A DNA stretch of 63,899 bases, filler included, from Ministeria vibrans ATCC 50519 (Eukaryota; Protista; Filasterea): NCBI GenBank assembly GCA_943704425.1. It is 5 parts of 5 records of this genome, joined end to end, with 100 filler letters (N's around TTAATTAATTAA, not from the genome) between each part and the next. Parts side by side here need not be neighbours in the genome. Positions count along the whole stretch, not along the records: positions 25,193 to 39,391 come from CALSCP010002695.1; positions 39,492 to 50,854 come from CALSCP010001688.1; 3 more parts are not named here. The stretch is one strand, 5' to 3'. The position numbers and the translations under genes are program-made. The notes under the pieces were generated by a model. It was not told the origin of the DNA. It saw only the letters and a program-made list of their open reading frames with translations, and made no database searches. Positions 36,081-49,158 of this stretch are shown one piece after another; position 1 is the first letter of the stretch; each line of letters starts with the position of its first letter.

Positions 36081-37539
36081 CTATACAGTCAGAGTCTCCC
36101 TCTTGTGAGGTTCTGTGGCCAGAACACGATACTGTGAGCCCAATTTGAGGCTGAGAGCAAACCAAAGTGCGGCTAAAAGCACATAGATACTCCAGATAGA
36201 GTACAGGGGAAATTTGGAGGAAGGAGCAGTTTGAGGGTCCGATAGAGTGGCGGGGGGTGACGCCAGAGCGAGGTAGGAGAGGGCCGGTCCGCTTGCAAAT
36301 GCCCCAATTGCGTCTGCTGAGCGAGCACAGAAGGTGTCCAGGAAGTTTTTGCGTGACGCAAAGTCCGGAGAGTTTGACTGGCACACGGTAAATCTAAGAG
36401 AGAACATATCAGCAATGGTGAGTGAATACGAGTGTTACTCTGTGGCGATTTTTTCTTTTCTTTTACATCGCTTCTCGTGAGGGTTTCCCAAAGCTAAAAG
36501 CGAGTACTTTGCGAATAATGAGATAGATGGAGAGGATAGAGACAATGAGCTGGGCTGACGTATGCTTGTCGGAGAGTGTGTTGAGGAAGGAGAAGAGTGG
36601 AGGGACCAGGAGAAGACCCGAGAGCATGGAAAGCGACGAAACGGTGATAAGGCGGGGGACGCCGAGGAAGGCGCTCGAGAGGAAGCGGGACGAGGCAAAC
36701 CATTGGAAGAGTGTGCATGTGAGTCCTGTCGCAAGATTGAAGAGTGCGCGACTCTGTGTACGGCGTTGTTGGCCGGGAAGGCGTGAAAAGGCGTGTTGCT
36801 TGGCAATGAAGAGGGTCGAGTTGAAGAAGTATACAAAGAAGATGTGTGCGCCAAGCAGGGTCCACACAGGCGATTGGAAGATGCCCCAGATGGTTGAGGC
36901 GGGGCGTGTCACAGCCGTCGTGAGCGTCTTGGGCGGCTCAGCGGCGTCGCGGTGCTGGCGGAGCTCGCGAACAAGTCGGTCCATGAACAGACTACTCACG
37001 AGAGAGAGAAGTGCCGAGAGAAGCATCAGAGTGGGTCCCTGAGCGGCGTGCGACACAACGTGAGTCAGCAGAGACCCGACAATTTGGCCGACGGACGAGC
37101 CGCTCGCACAGATCCCGTACGCGCGCAAAGCCTCGCCCTTTGACAAATTCTTACTGAGCACCGTCCACAGCAGGGTGTTCGACGTGAGCAAGAAGACGCC
37201 GAGCCACAGGAAGAGGACGTCGCCAACGCCAGGGACTGCGCCCCAAATGCCCACGCCGATCAGGCCATAGTGCAGCGCGAAGTGCCGGGCGACCCACGGC
37301 AGCACGTAGCTCGGCGAGGAGCGTGTGAACAGCCAGCTCATGATGCGATTGGCAGCAAAGGTCGCCAGGAGCGAGAGGGTGAAGAGATAGGGCAACCGCG
37401 CGAGATCACGACCCGACAGCTCGTCACGCACCGGCTGGGCGACATAGTAAGCTGCCATCGAGAACATGTTTGCCAAAAAGGCACTTGTAATTGCGTGGAC
37501 GGGGTCATCTTGGCTGAGTCCGAGCCATCTGGAGATCAT
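36081..37539 (-). CDS. MFS transporter of the TLC/NTT (ATP:ADP antiporter-like) family, 2 exons
   Basis: 'AYYVAQPVRDEL', 'LPYLFTLSL', 'EALRAYGICASGSSVGQIVGS', 'KPSREAMFTV...KNFLDTFCARSADA'. Confidence 0.75.
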
Positions 37540-37630
37540 AGAATACAAATGAATTGAATTTGTTATTCGAGTCAGCTCTGAACTCTGAACTGAAAAAATC
37601 AAAACAAAAAATACAAAAAAATTCTCCAAG

Positions 37631-39360
<1,730 letters not shown>

Positions 39361-39391
39361 GTATTTTTTTTTTGGGAGGAGGAGGGGGGGG

Positions 39392-39491
39392 NNNNNNNNN
39401 NNNNNNNNNNNNNNNNNNNNNNNNNNNNNNNNNNNTTAATTAATTAANNNNNNNNNNNNNNNNNNNNNNNNNNNNNNNNNNNNNNNNNNNN
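39392..39491. other. Artificial contig spacer
   Basis: N-TTAATTAATTAA-N linker. Confidence 0.95.
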
Positions 39492-39531
39492 GAAGCGAAA
39501 TGAGTGAAAGAATTAAGAAAGAAAGTTTGTG

Positions 39532-39670
39532 GAAAATGGGTGGGTTCTGATCAAGGATTTGAAAATGGGTGGGTTCTGAGCAAGGATTTGAAAATGGGTG
39601 ACTTCTGAGCAAGGATTTGAAAATGGGTGGGTTCTGACTTTTCAATTTTGAAATGGGTGGGTTCTGACTT
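39532..39670 (+). repeat. 29-bp tandem repeat (GAAAATGGGTGGGTTCTGAGCAAGGATTT), about 5 units
   Basis: Units start at 39532, 39561, 39590 and 39619, then a degenerate copy. Confidence 0.85.
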
Positions 39671-39902
39671 TCACTCTATTTTATGGGCAAAGGTGAAAGG
39701 TTCGAAGGAAAGATATTCAATCATCAGAATCATAATCACATTTTTTTTTCGTTTTCTTTTCTCATCGCATCGTTGCCTTTATTTGATTTCGTGCCCCTCA
39801 ATCCGTTGAAATGTAACTAATTAATGGGTCACCTTGATGTTTTTCTGAAACTCTTTCTTGGCTTTTCCAATAGAGCACCGGAACAGAAAAATTGAAAAAT
39901 TA

Positions 39903-40358
39903 ATGTCAACAAAAACCAAAAAGACGCCCACCGACCTGGGGCTCGTGGAAGAGCTGCGCAAAGCGTTTGCACAGGCGAGTGATGAGGCAGGAAAGGACGT
40001 GAGCGAGCGTAACATGTTTGGAGGGGTGTGCTTTTGCGTGAATGGCAATATGGCGGGCGGAATCAATGGCGCCGCATTAATGATGAAATGCGATAAGGAA
40101 GTCGCCGTCAAGGACGTCGCCAAGGCACTGGGCGTCAAAGCAGTTGAAATGTGTTTTACAGGACGCGCAATGCGTGGCTTTTATCAAGTAGACGGACCGG
40201 TACCGAAGGGAACAGTGCAAAAGTGTGCAGAGTACTCGTACAAGCACGCAAGGTCACTTCCAGCGAAAGCCAAAGGGAAACCAACGAAACGCAAATCGGA
40301 TGGAACGGAAAAAGACGAAGGCAAAAAGACGAAGAAGGAAAAGGCGGTGAATAAGTAA
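39903..40358 (+). CDS. TfoX/Sxy N-terminal domain protein (bacterial type) with Lys-rich tail, intronless
   Basis: 'VSERNMFGGVCFCVNGNMAGGI', 'MCFTGRAMRGFYQV', 'ARSLPAK' match the TfoX_N pattern. Confidence 0.8.
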   Translation: MSTKTKKTPTDLGLVEELRKAFAQASDEAGKDVSERNMFGGVCFCVNGNMAGGINGAALMMKCDKEVAVKDVAKALGVKAVEMCFTGRAMRGFYQVDGPVPKGTVQKCAEYSYKHARSLPAKAKGKPTKRKSDGTEKDEGKKTKKEKAVNK

Positions 40359-40480
40359 CGAAAAAAAAATTGAAAAACGTTTATTTTTTGCGATCTGCTG
40401 GAAGAGTGTGCTGACTTTGGCCTTGATGGTGGCGGACAGGGGCGCGATTTATCGGCACATGACACCTAAGAATGCAAACA

Positions 40481-41983
40481 TCAATGGGGTAGCCTCAAGC
40501 GAGTATACTTTTCCACTGTGACTAACTCTGGACAAAAACAATCTGCCTCGCTTCCTGCTTGAAGCTGTTTGCCGCATTTCGAGCACTTCCTTTCAACGGC
40601 TTTACGTTCGGCGACGGCTCTTGTAGACCATTTGCCTTCGTTTTTGCCGTTAGATGTACTCTTTGTGGTCTGATGGTCGTGAATCCATGAGAGAAGGATT
40701 GCTTTGTCTTTTTCGGTGAGCCAAAGATGTTTCTCAATGGTGTCAACCGCCGTTTTCTTCCTCTCAGGATTGGCAATCAGAGCTTCAATGTAGGGTTCCA
40801 TGGAGGTACGAATGCACTCCAGTACATGCTCTCGTTCAACGGGCTGTTGCCATGCCGTGTGACTGTAAAGGTACACGTCACTGATGCAAATCTGAGTGCG
40901 ACCGTTTGTGTGGGCACTCAGACGCAGAACGTTTCCAAACTTCTGGTGGCGGCGGTCTGACACGCCCTCACCATCGAGTTCGTCGTCCTCCACGCGCGCA
41001 CCCGCTGGTACTGCTTGCTTCCCACTCTCCTCCAGCGAGTCCCACAGCGTCAAAAGACACTTACGAAGAGGCTGCGGGTATTGAAATTGACCCCAGTCGT
41101 TGACAGCGTCTCTCAACTCTCCCTGCAACTTGCGCGTCAACTGGAACGAAGCGACCGACCTGCGCCATTTTTCGGGCCGGCGAAACGCTGGTTGCTCCTC
41201 AGGTGTCGTAGAAATTCCAAGCAGCCCCAAGCGGGAGGCGTCTTTCTTCACCGGGCTGACGTAGAGGCGGAAGAAGAAGCGATCGAGCAACGCTTGCATT
41301 GCGGTGTCGTCGTTGGCCGGCACCGAGTTGCTCGCTCCAATAGCGCACAAGAGATTCTTGCACTCGTGACGATCACGGCCGTTGATGACCTTGCGCTCGT
41401 TGAGGATGGGTAGAAGAATGTTGAGCACGTCAGAAGAGCCGCGAAACGTCTCGTCGAAAAAGGCAATGGTTGCTGTCGGTAAGAATCCCTCGACCTCTCG
41501 GCGAACAAGCCCATCTTTGACCAAGTCGGACATTGAGTAGTTTCCGAGAAGCTCGTTGGGAGCAGTTCGTGAGGTCATCAGAATGGAGAAAATGTCGCCT
41601 GGTTCGCCACAGTACTCTTGTAGTCGACTCGCCAAGAGAGACTTGGCAACACCCGGAGGTCCCAGTAGGAGAGTGTGTTCGCCAGCGAGAGCTCCCAACA
41701 GACATATTTTAACTTCCCCATCTCGTTCGTAAAGGTTTTGACCCAAGTTGTTGATGACCTGTTGATTTTTTGGCGATACAGTTTTTGCGGGTAATGAATG
41801 GGTTAATTAGCAATTTTGTTTCGTTTTCAAACGAACCTTTGCAAGGGTATCTCGTAGGCTAGGGGATATTCCCTGACTTCCCTCGGGGTTTGTGTGATGA
41901 GGAAGGGTTTTTTTGCGCACGGGTGGAGGCCCCGCTCTGCGTTGTTTCAAAGGCCGTGCACCAAGAGACTCTTGAGTTTCCAT
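40481..41983 (-). CDS. RavA-like MoxR-family AAA+ ATPase, 2 exons
   Basis: 'LYERDGEVKICLLGALAGEHTLLLGPPGVAKS', 'PNELLG', 'GFLPTATIAFFDE', 'LNILLPILNER', 'GASN', 'ALLDRF', 'VSDRR'. One GT-AG intron (~41759-41836) joins an upstream ATG at 41983. Confidence 0.88.
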
Positions 41984-42081
41984 AGATTCGAGCTATTTGA
42001 AATGCGAAGGAAAAGGAGAGGTTTGAAGGAAGTGAAAAAAAATTGAGTAGACTTTGAATGAAATTAAAAACAATAATAATC

Positions 42082-45000
42082 ATGATCATGTCGAAAGGTC
42101 ATTATATTTATATACCGGTTTTTCGTCCACCTCGAATTTGCTCTCATTCAGCCACCTTTTTTTCTTCTCTTCAGCTCATCTCCAGAATCTGACCCAGAAT
42201 CTGACCCCACCTCTGACCTCTCCCAACGGCCAACGAATTATCTCCACAATATCTTTGTAAGCGCTGTGTATTGTGAGTTGCCGCTCAGTTTTTTTTTAGA
42301 CACAACGCCATCGCTATGTCAGAAACTTGGGGCGAGAATTGCTCCAATGTCTCCTCTGTGTTGGATATGGCCAAGAATGCCTTTTCCTTGAGCAATAAAA
42401 GCGCAGGGGAGCTGGCAAAAGCACTTCAATTCTTGGGAATTTCCAGCCGCCAAGAGACTTTCGTCTGCGATCGATTTCGTGCCTCAGCGAGTGTGACGGA
42501 ACCGCATACCACCACCCTACCACTCAGCAAGGTGAAAGCTACCTTCTCTGACATCTGCATCGTCTTTCAGAAGCCGCAAGACGACCTTGGGACTGGCGTG
42601 ATTTCTGGCAACGTCTCCCTTTGCATCCCGCCCATCTCGACCAAATTTGAACTCTTCTGTCACCCTCGGCCTGGCACGTCAAAGGACCATTGTTCTCTCC
42701 CAATTTACATCAAGAACGTGCCCCTGGCTGCTCTTTTGGGGGTTTCCAAAATCCACGACTCGCGCTCGGTGCCCAACCTCTTTCCCAACAGAGTTTCCCT
42801 TGTTGTCAACCCTAATGGAATTTTGTCTATCAACTTCGCTGACCCAGAAAATCACAACCCCAAGTTGCTCTCCTGGAGGAACCTGTCGCTATTCATCAAG
42901 TACGGTATTCTCCAGGGAAGTGCGCAGCTCATTTTCGCCGACCAGATAGAACCTCTGTCCGCAATCCTCAAGGTTGGCACGGAAGTGCCCTGCTTTTTCC
43001 TAAACAGCGTTGACGCGGCTCTCCTCGTCAACACTACACTATCTTCAGTGCTGCGCGAGCTGCAATCAGCTTTTGGACTGCCCAAGTTTTCCGTCAGCGT
43101 CTTTGCAAATGAAGTCGTGGCAACAGTGAGTAGCTGGAAATTTTCTGTCCCGGTCTTGGGAGAAATATGGCTCCGTGACATCTCTTTGACCTTTGATAAG
43201 AGTGGACACATTGACTTTTTCGCGTATCTCTATCTTCCCATGAATGCCAGCCATCCAGCTATCTATAGCCCGCCATTCGTTGTTGACTTTCCCCTCCAAA
43301 CTCTACAAAAGGGCAGGTTCCCTTTCCAAGTCCGCAACTTCCTGCGCTTCTTCGAGGATGTTCTGCGCACCTGTGGCGTCAACTATTCGCTCGATGCGGT
43401 GTCACGTCTTCTCCCACCACAGTGCCCCCTGACACTGCAACTGGGTCCAGCCGACATTCTCATCGAATCCGCATCCACAGACGGATTCACAATCCCAACT
43501 CCCTTTTCGTGGCTCTCTATCCAAGTGACAGACATTTCGGGAAAGCTCGAAGCATCCTCAGTTGGGCAGCCTACTTCTCTCTGTCGCATGAGCGCCAACG
43601 CCTATTTTCGCAACAATTCTCGCGCCTCTTCAAGCTCAAATTCGGAAAATGACGTCGCGTTTCAATTTGAACTTTGTCTCCCGCCGCGTGCCGGAGAGTC
43701 GCCGATCCGATTCACTGGCCCGACTCTTGTTGCTCTCTGTCGTGCCCTCAACATAACCGACGCATTCTCTGCGGCCTTTGAACACCTCGCAAACGCAGGG
43801 ATCGAGATTGAACTGGTTGATGACGGTTTCAATGGACGCCTCACCACCTCTGTCGACTTGCACCTACTGACACCTATAACCCTACGTGACATACAGTTCA
43901 AGATTCAGAGAGTCAGTGTCGACGACGATGACAACGACCATGATACGGACGCTGCGCGGACCATTAATAGCAGTGGAAATGGCACCAACTTGAAGGCTCA
44001 AGCAAAATCTCCGTCACTATGGTCGAAGTTGTGGGATGCTTTGAAGAATACCGCAGAACAATCATCGACAACTAGCGACGAGGACAGTACTTCTAGCAAG
44101 GGCTCGCAAAAGGACGTGTCGTCGCGCGATAGGAAGTGCCGACAACCCGATGACGCTCGCTCAGCGAAAATGACAACACTTGTATCGAAACAGAGGGAGC
44201 GAGGAGGAACGTGCTCGATGCAAAGCGAGAGACTGATTCTTGTATCATCAGGCAAAATCATCGTGCTGGGTACAGAATGCGAGGTTTTCTTCTCCTTCCC
44301 AAGCGACAGCGATGGGTCTTGGCTCACTTTGCGCCAATTTTCGCTCGAAAAACTTGGCTGTGGTCTGGTCACGTCTCTCCTCAAGCAACTGAATCTTCCT
44401 GCTATTGAAATGGGACTGACGACGCACGCATTCGTCGGCTGCGCCAGTGCACCCTGGAAGCTATCATTTGCCCCCAACCTCGCTCTCACCCTCAACGACC
44501 TTGCCCTCTCGTTTAAGCGAGACTTTTCTGAGATTGACGTTCAGGCGAGTGCTATTCTGTTTGCCATCAAGGCGACAGTTTCCGCCATATTTCACCTGAA
44601 AGCGACGGATGCGAAGGCCTCCGTCTTTGTCTTGGACATTAAGTCGGAAAAATTTCAGCTCGCCCAGGTCTTCTCAGAGCTTGGGTTTGGTGCCACTTTT
44701 GACTTTGTGCGCGTCGTGCTGACCGGTGTGTTTCACCTTGACATTCAAATCAAAGACAATGCTCTTGCACTTGGTCATGGGCCCGAGAACACTGTCCGTG
44801 GAGCTGATGCGAGCCAGAACGAAGCACCTGTGCTCGACTATGTGAAGAAGTATAGCGGGGTGCTCAAGTCCCCCAAGTCAATCAAGTTTGTGGACGTGTT
44901 TCCTGTGCATATTGTGGGCAAAGCCATTCAACACGTATTCAACCCCACACTTGAACAATTTCAAGTCTCCTTCAGCTCGGAGGAATCATTTTCGCTCAAA

Positions 45001-48000
45001 GGAGCAATGAAGCTCAGTTTCTTTGGCCTGGGGTCTTTGCACGTGGGTAGTTGGGCCCTGACGCTGCGCGATGACCTTAAAGACGCTTGGTCTGGATCGG
45101 GAGACGTGACTCAACAGCTTCTCAGCCTGCCCGATCACAAGCTGCCGATTTTGAAAGGTGTGCTGGATGTGAACCTGTCGCGCATTGAGGTGAGTGCACA
45201 GCTGAAGGCTGGCGCTGCCAGACTGTTTGCGAAAGGCTCGGCGTCTGTGTGTGTTCTCGGTAAGTTGAACCTTCCCACAGTACACCTGAATTGGTCGTTG
45301 CCACTGATGAACAAGGACGGAGCCGATAATATGAAACCAAACATTGAGCTTGCTTTGGAATCTGACTCGGCTTGGTCACCATTCGCGTCGCGTTCCCCTC
45401 TAGAGGTGTTTGGCGTCAAGTTCCAGAAGTTGGTTCTGAAAATACCGATCTCCTCCCGTTCCAACGAGTCTTTCTTTCTTGGCTGTGACCTCGAACTTTC
45501 TCAGGGACGCCTGGCTCAAGTTGAGTTATGTCTTGCCAGCGAAAAGAGCGATTTCTACTTTGAAATCAAAGCTCCAACTCTCACTATGCTTGACATCGTC
45601 CATGTGACACCGCTTCGTCCCTTCTCTCCCTCTCTCCGCTGGCTCGACGGCCTGTTCAGCTTTTCTGAAGTTACGTTGACCCTGGCCGAGACGACGGTGA
45701 AACGTGCCGACGGCGACACCATTCGTCAGGGACTCGCTCTCTCGGTGTCCGAAATGTCAGTGCTGTGGGGTATCTTTAAGGCGCAAGGGGTGTCTCTTTA
45801 CTGTGGCGAGGGCAACCTCGACATTGAAGTCGAGTCGCTCTCAGCGAGTCTCTTTGACTTTCTTACTGTCAAGATTTGCGAATTCAAACTTGCTATTGAC
45901 TGGAAGAAGGGCAACTATGAAGCGAAAGGCACTGCTACCTTGACAATTTTCAAGTACCAGTTGCTTGAGATTGATGTGCAGGCGGAAAAGCAAGGCGACG
46001 CGCCATTTGTTATGAAACTGCTCTCTAAAGTTGATCTTGAGCTGCTCAAGTTTGAGACAGGGGTCACTATTGGCGCGAGTCCCACACCACAATTGTGTGT
46101 CAGTGCCACATGCGACTTTGACGGTCTCAAGAGAGTGCTAAAGTTGACGGGCAGTACCATGCTTGGTGTGGTAGGTGCAGTTATTGGAAAGGCTCTAAAG
46201 TTTGTCTTGGGCGAGCCCCAGATTCGAGTGTACCCAACAACAACGAAAAGCCTGGCCATGTCGCTGTCCTTGACGCTCTTTGGCATCAAACTGGAAGCTG
46301 ACGGCATTATTCTCTCTTGTGATCTGTTTACGCCTGCTGGCCTTGCGAACCTGTTTATGCGACTGTTCACAAAGCATTTTCGGCTCTGGCTCGAGTCTTG
46401 GCTGAAGAACTCCGTTCCTCTTGCCGTATTGAAAGCTATCATGAACGTGGCGAACACGATTTTGGCCCCAGTCTTGGACTTACTGAAACAGCCGCTGAAG
46501 AGTCTTGGCGCTCTCCTTCGTGTCCTGGGTCTTGACAAGTATCTCAAAACTCTAACGGACCTCGTGCCTGACTGCATCAAGAAGCTGTTTTCGAAGTTTG
46601 ATCTCGGACTCGGTGGCGAGGGCAGCGGTGGCAGTGGTGGCAGTGGAGTTGGAGAAGAGTCCAGTCAAAGTGATCAAGCAGGAGAAGGGATGAGTGATGC
46701 ACCAGCTTTGGAAATGACTGCTGAGGCGAGTCAAGCTATTCAGAAGAGCGTGGACCAGTTGGAGAAGGTGGTTCAGGCACACGAGAAGCACGGGGACGGT
46801 GAAATCTGTAACTGTTTTGGTCCCACTCTGTCCAAAATTGAGCACGCACAAGCAAAACTGTCACCTAAATTTCAGCCCAAAACAACGAAGTATTCGTGTC
46901 AATGTCCGTCAGCCATGAGCGCCAATGATCACCGACTACATGTCAGCCCCAATGGTACCAATGCGAGCGTAACGGTGTCCTTTGATGATGGACCGCCTAA
47001 GGCGTGTGGTGCTGTCGATCGTGGTGCCCAATGCGTCGTCGTTGATGTGCCAAGTGATGCGAAGTGCGCGGAGATTTTTGTTTGCGACAGCGATAGCGAT
47101 CTGACTACCGTTTACACTCTGAAATTTGACCACGACAGCGACGAGGAAGAGGACGAGGGCGAGAAGGAGGATGAGTCAGAGAATGAGAATGAGAATGAGA
47201 AGGCAGATGAGAAGGGTGATGAAAAAGATGACGCCGAGACGGATGGTGTGCGCGACCTTCGCGTTGCTCTTCCACAGTTGGGCATGGTGGAATGTCCATT
47301 GAGTCCAAACTTTGAGTCAAGGGTGTGGCTCTATGACGTGAACGTGGGTAACGATGTTAGTAAGGTCCATGTGCGTGTAACAACATCAAACCGTGACGTT
47401 GGGCCGCAACTGTGTATGAAGACCACCGAGGAGGAGAGATCAATTGAAATCGAAAGTAACACGAGCCACCGTGGCGCTGAAAATGGTCATCTGTGGACAT
47501 TCAATGTGCCGCTTGGGGTTGGTTGGACGCACCTCACGGTGGAATCGCCCGTCCAGGAGAACGTTTCGGCGTCGAAAAGGGCCAGCTACCGCGTACGACT
47601 GCACCGAGCGATGCCTAAAGACTGTCAAAACGCTGCCAACGAGCGCATCTCAATGGTGCTTGTGAAATCACTGTGCGTTCATTCCAACAGCGACAACGGC
47701 AAAGTGGCAGTCGAGCTCCCATTACACCCCCACTTTGACCCTCACGTGCAATCTTACACTCATTACTTGCATCGTATGGAAGCGAGTGCGATGGCGACTG
47801 TGTCAGTGACATGGACAGGCGAACACAGTGTGTGTGAGGTGAGCTGTGATGGCGAGAACGTCGGGCGAAGGGTTGTTGAGGTAAATATGAGCTATTCTAC
47901 CATGGATAATTATATTATTGATAATTATATTAACAATGCGTGTTATTTTCGTGTAGAAAACAAGTGAACAACAGAGCTGGGATGCACAAGTGGCAGTGTC

Positions 48001-48625
48001 ACAACATGGAAGGACGCGAATCCGGATCAAGCTGTGGACGTACTGCGGTGGTCGTGAGGGCAGTGTTGTGGAATACTACATCCTTCTCGTTGCACCTGAT
48101 ACTGAGCACGAGCGGTTGATCAACAATGGAAAAGAAGAGCAAAGCAGAGGCGCTGAGGTACCTTTGAATAGACTGGAAGTGGTTCGTGCCGAGTTGTTGC
48201 GAACGCAGCAGCGTCAGCGAGAGCGTCGACGCATCAAACAGCTACGAGAGCAAGAGCAGAAGCATGAGCAACAGCGTCAGCACCCGCGTCGACGGCGTCG
48301 TCAGCCAACAGTGTCTGAGACTCTCGGACAGTCCGTGTGGAGACGGTCAACAACGGGGAATCTGATGGAGGCTGACTTGGAAGAGATTGCGCCACTGGCA
48401 TCATCACACGCCGCGATGAGATTTTTGGTGCTGGAGAAGATGGAGAGTCGAAGGTTGGCATCAGACAATTTTGTGAATGTGCCGTCGATGAAGCGAATTC
48501 GAGTGCCACGTCAACGACGGCGCAACGCAGAAGCGGAAGTGAGCGAACGAGAGCGGATGCGGCAGTTGCTGGCGGCGTTGCGGGATAGCGAAGAAGAAGA
48601 AGAAAAAGAAGAAGAAGAAGAAGAA

Positions 48626-48671
<46 letters not shown>

Positions 48672-49036
48672 GGGAGGAGGAGGAGGAGGAAGGGGAGAAG
48701 GAGGAGGGGGAAAATGGAAAGAAGGAAGATGAAACAGAAGAGGGTGAAGATGATGGCAGTGCGGGTGACTCGGAAGACAGACAATTAGATGACCCTCGCC
48801 CCGATCAAAATGGCGAAGTTGTGGGTACTCGTCTGTTGCTTCGGGAGAGAGACCGCGCTTCAGAGGAAGGTATGGGGCCTCGCGAGAGGCTGTTGGTGCT
48901 GTTGGTGCTGTTGAGGGCGAAGATCATCGCGCAATGCGTGACAGACGAGGAATATTGGAATGACCTTCTGGAGACGATTGACCGAAAGTTATCAGAATTA
49001 AGGAGTGAGCGAATCGCGAGGGATACAAAGAGCTAA
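42082..49036 (+). CDS. Giant (~2250 aa) protein: long beta-strand-rich N-terminal region, amphipathic helical segment, 2-3 cadherin-like beta-sandwich domains, acidic tail
   Basis: Two short 5' introns splice in frame to ORF 42316; intron 47881-47956 joins it in frame to the 47990 ORF. Cadherin-like motifs 'LSPNFESRVWLYDVNVGNDVSKVHV' and 'LHPHFDPHVQSYT'. Confidence 0.75.
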
Positions 49037-49158
49037 TTTTGTGAGTCACGAATGTATGAATGCGTATCCATATGTATGTGTGTCTGTGTGAAAGAAGAGA
49101 GAAAGATAATCATTAAAAGCGGAACAAACAAAGAAAAAGCATTATTTCAGAGATTATT

